From: Trichinella spiralis | Lineage: Eukaryota | Length of the DNA: 64,000 bases | Direction of reading: 5' to 3' | Assembly: GCF_000181795.1 (NCBI RefSeq) | Contig: NW_003526945.1 | Span: 3,031,144-3,095,143 of the forward strand | Shown: piece after piece, positions 39,303 to 49,978 of the stretch | Numbering within the stretch: position 1 is the stretch's first letter | Layout of the letters: each line of letters begins with the position of its first letter | Notes under the pieces: model-generated | What the model was told of the DNA's origin: nothing | The model's database searches: none | Seen by the model: the letters and a program-made list of their open reading frames with translations, nothing else | Program-made: the position numbers and the translations under genes

Positions 39303-42300
39303 TGTATTACAAGTAGAAAACAAATTTTACCAGGAAAGTTGCACTAAAAGTATTACAAATGCATTACAAATGCCAAACATACAATGTTTTGCACATAGTG
39401 AAAGATATCATTGAATGAATTCTAAACTTCTGCTCAGTAAACATTGGAAATAATATATATTTTATAATTAACACGGCGATGTACTAAATATTTCTAAAAA
39501 TTTGAAATGCAATTGTTCAATTTAAAAGAAAAAATGTTACTGTATGTCACTGGAAATGTAAAGAAAAGTAGGTATTGAGCAAAACAAACACCACATTCTT
39601 ATAATTGTTTTTAGCTTAAATAATATTTTGCCCATCGTTTCATATTTAATACAATATAAATTTATCCAATATTAAACTTTTTGAAACAGATTTCACATAA
39701 ACAGAATCATCTTTTAAAATTGTTCATTTTTTACTTTTAACTATTGTTTTGTTTTTAACAGCATTATTATAATTAAATTTTATGTCCACTTATAACTTTT
39801 TTACTTCAAATAGGAATAAGATTAACTGTAAGATGACAGTTTAGAAAAAATGATAAAAATCATTTCTTCACATGAACATGATTTTCCAATTGTTTTTATT
39901 CATATGGTAGTCGTGAAGATTTTTAATGTGTCACTGATGGCTTGGAATTTGTTCTTGAAAATAATATTGTTTGAACTGTTTTTATCTTCATTCTAAATAA
40001 ACAGTACAGACAAGATTGTCAATTCGAAATTTACTTTATTTGAAAAAGATTTAACTGTTACACCAATGATAATCATAAATTACGTAAACAAAGAAACGAA
40101 TGCCTTTATTAAACATAGAATGAACTTATAAATTTGTTGCAATCTAGATTCTCAAACAATCGCTGTTAAATAAGAAGTGGGTTATTATCTTTTGTAAAAT
40201 GGAGATTTCGCTAATAATAACAATGAGAGTGATGCTGTGAATGAGGTATTAGTCGTAATTATTTTGAAGGATATGTATTGAAAATTTGCAAAAATAAACT
40301 TCGACATACAATATCCGATCATTGCATGTGAAAAATATCGTGACGGAGCAGTCAAGATTATTTCGCATTTTATACAAAATGTGCATTTATTCAGCATGAA
40401 AACAAAAAAGATGCTGAAAGTAAAACATGTTACGCTTGTAGTGCTGCGCCCTTTCCTTTGCTTTGTTGAAGAAGAAGTCGTTTGCTTTAATTTTTGTAGT
40501 TGTAAATCTGGAAATGAAGATTATTTTTAATCGTAAAATTCTCTAGAGCTATGCAAATAGGTTTCAAGTGTTCTGGTTGTATAGCAATACTGCCACGCTA
40601 TTGAGTCGTTGAAAAGATCATTACCAGTCGTCGATTGCTCGAAGCAAGCTGTTTTTACACTGATCATTTATTCGCAATATGCTGATGATTATGGGTTTTT
40701 TGTTTTAAAATAGCAAGCATGCAAGACGATTAAAACGTGAAATAGAATCATCAAGTGGAGATTTGTGCTATGATCTATTCTTTGTCATTTGGTATCTGAA
40801 GTGAAATTTAAATTAAATTTTATTAATGCGATGCTTGTTCTTTTAGCAGCTGTTGGCGTATTTGAAAACGTTAAGTTTGGGTAATTTTTAAATTCAGGGC
40901 TAAATTTTGCGACAGCCGTCAGTTCACTCGACGATTAGTATATTCCAAGAATCGGTTAATGCGTTATTCTTTTTAATTATCAGTTGCCGATTGTCAGCTG
41001 GTGAATATTTTTCAATGTTTAGTGATGTAAAATGACTTAGTATGCGTATTTTTGGCGTCAACTACTTTGCAAATGTGGACCTTATTTCTTTTTGAAACAT
41101 CTCCTCGACAATGAAGTGCATTATTATAACTTTTTCAAAAGCAGAACTTTTATATAGTTGTTATCGAGTTTCTGGTTTAAAATATTTGCATTCAAATTTA
41201 GCTTCTACTATCGGTCAAACGTTCATTCATTTCTTTTGCACAACCTGCGGTTAATCCATAAATACAACAACGTGATAGCGTTGCTAGATTGGCGTCAACA
41301 TTTTGCTAATACCAGATAATCATCGGTTGAAGCACAACAGACGACATCTATTTGCATTTCTGAGCAAATAAAAAACAAAAAGTGTTTGATATCGCCTGTT
41401 TGATAAAATAAATATATCTAAATTTTATATTATTATATACGAAGAGGAAGTGAAGCATTTGAAGATTCACTCGAAATTTTGATAAAAAATATTAAGAGAA
41501 AAATTCCAGTTTAATGTTTAAACTTTTACTAGCATGTTTATTCATTGATGAGAAAGCTTTTGGAAACGTGATAGATAATTTTAAATAAAAAAGTGCGAAA
41601 TAATTTCACTTGTTTAGCTTTGTTTTTCATTGTCATGTCATACATTTTATTATTTGATAACATCATAGCAAAACAGTTTGTCAATGTAATTATGAATATT
41701 TTTGCTTTTACATCATATTGAATAAATTGCAAACAATCTACTGATAAATTTGTTTGTCAATAAAATGGAAATATGTATACACGTGAAGACAAAGGGTTTT
41801 ATAGCAAAATAAAAATGAGCAAATATTTTATAATAAAACTTTTTATTGTGGAGTGGAACGTGAAAATTTTCATCGTCATTGAGCAAATGTTTCGTAGAAC
41901 ATTCCATTCACCTAATCAGGTAGTTCAATTTGTGAATATTGAAAATTTCCAATCAGTCATAAAGCAATATTGATATTTGAAAATTTGAGCTCCAAATATC
42001 TGATAAATGAGAACAGTTTCTATGTGTGCAGTTTGTTTGAATACTGCCACTGTTTTAAGCAGTGATGCAATTATTTGGACAGACGATTATTGATATTCGT
42101 ACTGATTTATAATGTGATGCTAGGTGATACTCTTTTCATCAAGCGAACACTTGGAATAACCAGTTTAAAGTACGCCTTGAGTATTTATATTTCGAATTGT
42201 ACAGACAATATCAAAAGCCAGATTTTGTACTGTCCAAGAATTTCTCAACACACGCAAAGCATTCCGAGAGAAGCGCTTTTGAATTTCATTTTACATTTGT

Positions 42301-43625
42301 GATTGATAACAAGAATTCATAATTGGGAAGTCATTAGCAATGACAATAATTTCAGATTGGAAATGATTACCATGAGAAAAACTATGCTAATGGTTTTTTT
42401 CAATGAATTTAGCTGATATTATTGAAGCGTATTGAACAATTCACAAGAAAAAGCAAAGACACCTTTGAGCAGGTATATTTTGAAATTCAAATTTCAATTA
42501 TTCAGTTCTTCAAAATTCCAAACAAAGTGCTCATTATTCTTTTTTTCTTTTGCTTAATTTATCGCATAATGAAATTGAAGCTGTGAACAAGTGAAATAAT
42601 AACCACAGAAGCGTTCAGTATTAATAATAATAATCGTTCAAAATAATTCTCAAATTTCTCTCTGAATAGCCTTTTTAATTAATTGTCAATGACCCTTTTC
42701 ATCTTTTTCATTGACAAAATTATTTTTTCAATGAAAAACAAAAAGACCCTTTTCTTAACTTTTCATTTGCATTTATTCATCATTTTCTCATTTGCATGTC
42801 TTGTCACAGGCTAGTGAAAATTTGTTCGTGATCAGTTGGTTTGTTTAGTTTTGTTAGAACAAAACGAGGAGAAAAAACTGAAAGGTAAAATTGATTTTAT
42901 AAAAATAATGACTTTTGCGTTTCGCATTTGCTGAATGAACGAGTGAATATTTGATATGATGATGAAGGTAATTTGTCGATAGGTCTTTTTGATAATTATT
43001 TATATTGTCTGTACAATGGCAGAGATTTTATTAATTTTTCTTTTCTTTTACCTCTATTTATTGGTTTGCATTATTTGATCAAGTGATTGAAGTGGATTAG
43101 TTGCTTTTAAAATCACTTACAGGATTGTGCGCAAAAACGCAAAAGGTGCTTTCAATGCGCTCCATATTGCAGCGTGTGCTTTGTTGCTCAGATTGATGCT
43201 CTGCTTTCAAATCCCTCTACAGTTGACGTAATCGTATCAACGTTGTTTTAATTAAAAAAATAAAATTTTAAATGTTGTAATAATGATAATAAAAGATTGA
43301 CGATTATTTTTTTATGAATTTTTTTAAATTGCAAAATTTCATTGTATAAATGAAATTTTTTTAATTACTGTTTTAACCTAATTTTCTACAAAAAAATCCT
43401 ACTGTAGGTTGTCATAAGGTAATTTCGAGCGTCAGTCGCGACGCGTGGTCATAGTTTGAAGGTATCGACGAGTGGAAGACCGACTCGAGGCGGCCGTTTC
43501 GGTCTGCTGTAATTCTGAGCGATATTTTGGGTAAATATTTGGTAATTTATGTTTTTCCAGTTTCGAACGTTTATTATTATTCTTTTTTGTGCCAGCTTGT
43601 TGGACAGGTGACTTCAAGCAATGGT

Positions 43626-46600
43626 ATGACATCGGATTTTAGTGCATGTCGGCAGGGCGGCGTCAGAACGCCGCTCAGTTTTCGCCATGCAATGGACACA
43701 TGCGTCCGCTGCGGTAGGCCGGCTACGGTTGTGGCCAGTTTGAAGCAGCTGAATTGTGCGCATCTTATTTGTGCTGGTTGTGCGCATGTTCGAGGTCTGG
43801 GAGCTTGTCCGCTTTGTATGCCGCTTAAAGAAGGCAGTTATGAAATGTTAGCTTGCCGTCTGTCGAACAGCACTACCTCTGCGGACGCCTCAGGCCGGTC
43901 GAGTGTTGTCAGTCAGCAGCAGCAGCAACAGCAGCAGCAGCTGTTCAACAATGATCAACTGTGCCCAGCTACCTCAAGCCCCGCTGTGTCCAGATTCTAT
44001 GCGCCTGTGCAGGATACAAGTCTACCTCCGGTTGATTTAAAATTGCAACGTAAAAGTTATATTATTATTATTTTGTCGTTTCAATTGCAGGCGTGTACAG
44101 CTGATTCACATTCTGGTAGCTTTTTACCAACTACTACTATTACTACTACCTCTGCCGTCCCGCAAACGCAGTTTAGTGGATATCGTATTCCGACTGCTTT
44201 ACCTCGTCCAAATTGCAGCGGTTGTATGGGCGGAGTGAGAGCGATTGCAAAATGTGAAGACTGTCAAGAATTTCTGTGTGCCGACTGCGCAAATTGTCAT
44301 CACCGGACTGTGGGCGTTAAGCCGCATCGTATTTTAGATTTGTTTTCAAATTCTGTTCACAATTACAATTCTTCTGATTTTAATTATCATACAAATTCTC
44401 AGCAACAACAACAACAGTGTGCTCTGACACGAATGTCTCAGCTGAGCTTATGTAATGGAATGAACGATCATGGAATATCGCTTTGCAAGTGAGCAGTGTT
44501 TATTCGGTTGTTCTCCTTATTTCTTTAATATTGTTTCAGCGTTCATTTGACGGATTATACGCATATTTTTTGCGATGGCTGCCTAACATTCATCTGCCCC
44601 AAATGTGCCGTTGACCATCATGGTCACGGTCTTCGCACTACCGGTGGAAGTTTAATATCTCCGGCTAATGAGATGGACGTGAAAAATACTCGTCGACTGT
44701 TGAATTCAGGACATATGCATTTGAAGCTGGTCACCGACAGTCTGGATTCAGTGAATCGAATGGGCAACAGACTCGAATCCCGTGTGACTGGACTGGTCAA
44801 AGATATACAGACCATTTCGCAGACATTGATCAACGCTCTCGAAGAACGTCGTCTGAAGTGGTTGGAACAATTGCAAAGTTGGCGTGTGTTGAGAATGGGC
44901 AAATTGTCAATGTGCGAGGAGCATCTCAGGCATTACCGTGATCGAATCCAAATAGCCGTGGCCAAGTTGGAAAATTTGGGCTCCTTGAACACCGCCGACA
45001 GTGATTTATGGCACCACGAGCTCGAAGAATGCATCAGAACATTTCCCTATGAGCTGATGCCTCACGAAGATGACAACCTCGCGTTTTTGTCACCCAAGCC
45101 GTTCATTTTGATGACCATACAACAAGCCGGTGGTTTGAAAACCAACGCCAGTCCGATTCATTCGGTCGTTTACGGTGAAAATGGTCGCCAATGTGTCAAA
45201 GGTATCGTATGTTCGTTTTGTTTTTTTTTGTTTCTTCTTCTTCTTTCATATTATCTTTTTTCGACCATATTACAATACATGGATATTTTTTGTTTAATAA
45301 TTGTATGTTTTGTTTTGGAAAAATCACATCCGGTTTTACAAGGAAACGAAAATTGGTGACGTATAAAAATTGCTTGCTTAAATAAGTACAGTGATGTATG
45401 CGATAATTGTGTGGGAGAAACGAGCAATAAGAATAAAAATGGTGACGTTTGAATTTTAAGTAGGGACAGGTTTCAGTTGTTACCTTATCCAAGGTTATTG
45501 CATAAAAAATGTTTTTGTTCATACATTTATTGATTTTACTGTCGAGTAATTAAGGAAAAGCCTGAGGGTTGTGATAATGTTAATGAAACAGGGGAAAGAT
45601 ATCTATATGTATATATATGTGTATATATGGATGTACGTATGTTGTATATGTACATCCTGAAATTGGAAATTGGCCAAAGGGAGGATTGTATGTCAACGGC
45701 AGTTGTTACAGACAAGCAATTGTTCGTCCCTGGCACAGTGTATTTTTTTTTTGTGTTTCTATTTCGACTGCTTTTGGTCAATGCACTTTCAGTGGAAAAC
45801 TGGTGTTTCTTTCATTCTGGTTACAAAAATGATAATAATAATAGCAGAGTACTGTAATTGTTTTCATTTTTCCATTTTATAATTGATTCAAGTTAGAATT
45901 TTTAAATTTCAAATTGATTATAAAAAGAGAAAAAAAATACATTTATTACATATTTGCATATTATTGATGTTGGTTGAATGGAGAATAATTTTGTTATTTA
46001 GCGAACGTGTCGCTGTGAAAGTCGATTTACAAGGTTTCCCTTGCGGAAATTGTCACTTTTGAGAATTCGTTCACCTTTACAAGGAAAATTTGAATTATCT
46101 TTTATTAATTTCACAATGCGTCCGTCATTCAAAAGTACAATCAAAGAAGATGTTATATATATTTTGAAATGAAGTTCAAAAAAAGAGAAATTAATGAAAA
46201 TAAATATGCTGTGACGTAAAATGATGATTGAAATCTCTGAAGAGAAGAAATTGTACTTGAAGATTAATAAATAATGAAATTTTACAATATTAGAATGGAG
46301 ATGATTTGATTTAGTTGGGAGCAATAGAAGAAGGGTAAAAATTTCTTTTCCAAGCCAATTGTCGGGTAATTGATTGTCATCAAATCAGGATTTTGGTCGG
46401 TTGACAGAATTGCATTGTTTTCAGGAAGATTTGTTTCTTTTTTTTTTGAAAATCATATTCAAAAGTTGCTTTGATTACGCACAGTTGAGCTAGATCAAAT
46501 TGCCTTTCGATGTGAATGATGTGGTGCAGAGAGGGAGAGAGAGATGTTGTATTCGTACCGTTGTAGCACGTGATTGGATACGGTTGATTGTGAATCGGTT

Positions 46601-47872
46601 TGCTGTTTTCAAATTGTATAATTTTTGTGCTTCCTTTTTGCAGATGCAAATGTCATGTACATGGTGGAGACGATAGATTATTTCAATCAACCGCTGCGCG
46701 TGGGCGGGGATTTGGTCAGCGGGGTGGTTCAACAGCCGAACGGTGTTTTCGAGTACATGCAGGTTGTGGACCGCAACGACGGCAAGTATACTTGCACCTT
46801 CACACCCAGAATGGAAGGTGAACATTTGGTACGTGTCTCGGTTAGCATGGTGGTATATGCATTGTGTATTGTATGTTTGTTTGTTTGTTTGTTGAAGGTC
46901 AGCTTGTTCGTACGGGGACAGGCGATGCCGAATTGTCCGCTGAAGTTGTCGGTCAATGGGGGACGCAGCTATTTAACTGTCAGCGGTCGCTATCCGACCA
47001 ATCGGTTCTGCTCGCAGGGCAGCGGCGACGGTCAGCTCTACCGACCCTGGGGCATTGCTTGTGACAAGCTGAATCGAATCATCGTCGCCGATCGTACCAA
47101 CCACCGGATTCAGATATTCGACAGCGAGGGCAGGTTCTTGACAAAGTTCGGCTGTCAGGGCTGCCGGGACGGTCAGTTCGACCGACCGGCGGGTGTGGCG
47201 GTGACCAGCTCCAACGACATCGTCGTTGTCGACAAGGACAACCACCGGGTGCAAGTGTTCACATCGAACGGTCTGTTCAAGCTGAAATTCGGCGAAAAGG
47301 GCCGCGACGTCGGCCAGTTCAATTATCCCTGGGGCGTGGCCGTCTCGCCCGACGACATCATCGCCGTCTCAGACACTCGCAACCACCGCGTTCAACTGTT
47401 CACCGCCAACGGCCTGTTCTGGCGCAAGTTCGGATACGAGCAGGCATTGTATTACAAGCAGTTCGACTCGCCCCGGGGTGTGGCGTTCGGTCCGGACGGG
47501 CGTCGGCTCTTCTGCACCGACTTCAACAACCACCGTCTGGTCGTGTACGACTTGGCCGCCGGCCGGGTGACCATGCACGGTGTCGAAGGCGACGCCGAGG
47601 CTCATTTCCGTCGTCCGCAAGGAATCGACGTCGACACCCAGGGCAATTTGTTCGTTGCCGACAGTCGCAACAATCGGATTCAAATTTTCTCGCCTCAGAT
47701 GAACTTCATCGCTTCAATCGACTGCGGTCGCGGCACCAGTATCGCCAACGGCACCGCCAACCAGCACCACCACGGTCGGCCGTTCATGGACACGCCCACC
47801 GACGTCTGCGTCTCACCGGACGGCAAGGTTTACGTGGTCGACTTTGGAAACAATCGTATACTAGTATTTTGA
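43626..47872 (+). CDS. lin-41: LIN-41/TRIM71 TRIM-NHL protein (RING, two B-boxes, coiled coil, filamin, six NHL repeats); exons 43626-44030, 44091-44488, 44540-45201, 46644-46828, 46898-47872
   Basis: C3HC4 RING (CVRC..CAHLICAGC..CPLC); B-box1 (CSGC..CEDCQEFLCADCANCH); B-box2 (CNVH..FCDGCLTFICPKCAVDHHGH); filamin (VVDRNDGKYTCTFTP). The NHL repeats follow the TRIM71 order of motifs: RPWG, ADRTNHRIQIF, FDRPAGVA, DKDNHRVQVF, KFGEKG..GQFNYPW, SDTRNHR, FDSPRGVAF, TDFNNHRL, RPQG, DSRNNR, VDFGNNRILVF*. Start could alternatively be 43692. Confidence 0.93.
43867..44205 (+). promoter_or_regulatory. Cluster of predicted let-7 complementary sites within the lin-41 CDS
   Basis: CTACCTC at 43873, 43969 (8-mer CTACCTCA), 44022 and 44146; TACCTC at 44200. 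3'-supplementary matches ACAGC (43867), AACTGTGC (43957), ATACAA (44014), ACTAT (44136). Confidence 0.7.
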
Positions 47873-47898
47873 TCAGTCTGTATTTTCTTTCTCTTACC

Positions 47899-47921
47899 AC
47901 TGTGTCGACTCTACTACCCTC
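47899..47921 (+). promoter_or_regulatory. Predicted non-canonical (seed-bulged) let-7 site in the lin-41 3' UTR
   Basis: ACTGTG-T-CGAC-T-CTACTACC-C-TC pairs with let-7 nt 2-21 using three single-nucleotide target bulges and three G:U pairs. Confidence 0.55.
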
Positions 47922-48212
47922 TTCGATTGGCAATTTTTCTTTTATCATTTCCACTGGTGCAACATTTATTTTTCCACACACCCACCACATGCACATACAG
48001 AAATGTACATTTGACATGCAAAGGTAGAGGGTGGGCTCACAGAGTTCGGCCGGTTTGTATTTGTTCTTCTTTTTTTTATTGTTTTAATTATTGATTAATT
48101 ATTTCCGACGATGAGACCTCTGGTCTGCTTGGGAGATGATGTTTCGTTTGAAAAATTTCTTCATTCCGTTGCCATGGGCAGAATTTTATTCATTTCCAAT
48201 CACAGTGTGACG

Positions 48213-48214
48213 AT

Positions 48215-48270
<56 letters not shown>
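48213..48270. repeat. (AT)n microsatellite in the putative lin-41 3' UTR
   Basis: Imperfect AT run, ~58 bp. Confidence 0.95.
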
Positions 48271-48273
<3 letters not shown>

Positions 48274-49428
48274 TGAGTGCAAGAAGCAAAATACAACGCG
48301 TTGATTGTTCTGCGATGACAACAGACACACAGTGTACGCGTTTTTCACACTAATTAATTATCCAATATGAAAAATATCCATTTCTGACAATTTCAACGCC
48401 TCTACTTTCATTTTCAAGCTTCAGCTTCATTTTACCGTTCAACTTTGCTATTCCACGTTCGTCTATTTTCTTTGTTTCAACTTGTTTGTTTGTTCTCTGT
48501 TTGTTTGTTTGTTTGTTTGTTTGTTCTGTTGTTCTGTTTTGCTCCAACGGAACGGAAATAGCGGGATCCCAGCTCCCACCCTCCTTCCCTACCTGCCTGC
48601 TGTTCAGCATTCATTCATTGTTGGATAGGAAACTAGCGGAACTGAATTCAACAATTTTCAACTTTCATCTGTCCCTCTCTGCCTCTCTGTTCTCTTCATC
48701 AGATTTTTACAAACTTTACCACCGGTATTCGTCGATTACTGGTAGATGATATTCTTTTTTCTTTCTTTTTTTTCAACAATTAATTTTCTCTTTTTTTGGT
48801 GAAAAATTTGGCTTTATCTAAAAAGAAAGAAAAAGAATTGTCATATGGCGTGTGAAATTTTTTATCATCAACTCACCCTAATAACCTACCTACTACCTAC
48901 CTACCTACCTACATACTCATCAAAATTAATACGTCGCTACTGTCATCAGAACGGTATTTCTCACTACACATGTGTAGCACAATGTATTTCACCATTATCG
49001 CTGCAATTTAGCAACGAACGAACCAAACTGACATTTGCTTCATCATTATCATATAATCATCATCATCTTCTTCTTCTTATTCTTCTCTTGTTGATGGGAA
49101 ATATCTTTCTTTCATCATTCATTCATTATATATACATACATATACATATGTGGTCATTTTTGAGGTGTTTTTTAAATTGTCATTATTCTCATCTGTAAAA
49201 CAGGTGTTTTGTCCGCTTTTACGCTTAGCTTATGATGATGTGATGTTGACACGCTTGTTTAATTCAATACATGCGTTGTTCTTCTTTTTCGCTAGCCATT
49301 TTTGTGACGTGATGATGACAATAATGTGTAATATGGAACGAATCAATTCGGCTTTTGTTTATTGATTAATAATAATTACTGTCTTTGCTTTCCGTTGGGT
49401 TTCAAATGAAAAAAAAATTTCCATCTTT

Positions 49429-49456
49429 CCTACCTACCTACCTACCTACCTACCTA
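49429..49456. repeat. (CCTA)7 microsatellite in the putative lin-41 3' UTR
   Basis: cctacctacctacctacctacctaccta. Confidence 0.95.
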
Positions 49457-49978
49457 CTCTTTGTCTTCTACCTTTCAACATAACTACCTATCATTTATTC
49501 ATCTACACATCCATCCATCCATCCATCCATCTGTCCGTCCGTCTGTCCATCCATTCATCCATACATTGTTTTCTCTTTGTTTGAGTTGTTTTCCATTTGG
49601 AAATATAGGAACGTATGAATGTTTTCAGTATGCGAGTATGATTATGTTTTTTGTGTGCATGCTTGCATGTCATGCGCACTTTGTGGCTGATGATTACATG
49701 GACGAATAGAAAATAAAAGGCATAAATTATCTTCATTTATGCTGTTGATGATTGATTGATTTGTCCAAATGAATTAAAATATTAAACAAAATATAAAAAA
49801 TTTGAAAAAAAGAACAAAGCTTACGCAATTGTTGCTTTTTTTTAGTTCGCCAAAATTATAATACTACACACTCACTCACCTTTACAAGACGAATCATTTT
49901 AAAACACAAGATAGAGGATGCTTTGATTTTGCGAATGATAATAAAATTGGCAATGTAAAAAGGTGTTGTTGCCAGTTT

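Noticed and set aside
43889..43894. lin-4/miR-125 offset match CTCAGG next to let-7 site 1 (also at ~44925)
   Set aside because: Only a nt 3-8 6-mer, lacking the CTCAGGG seed and 3' pairing; expected by chance.
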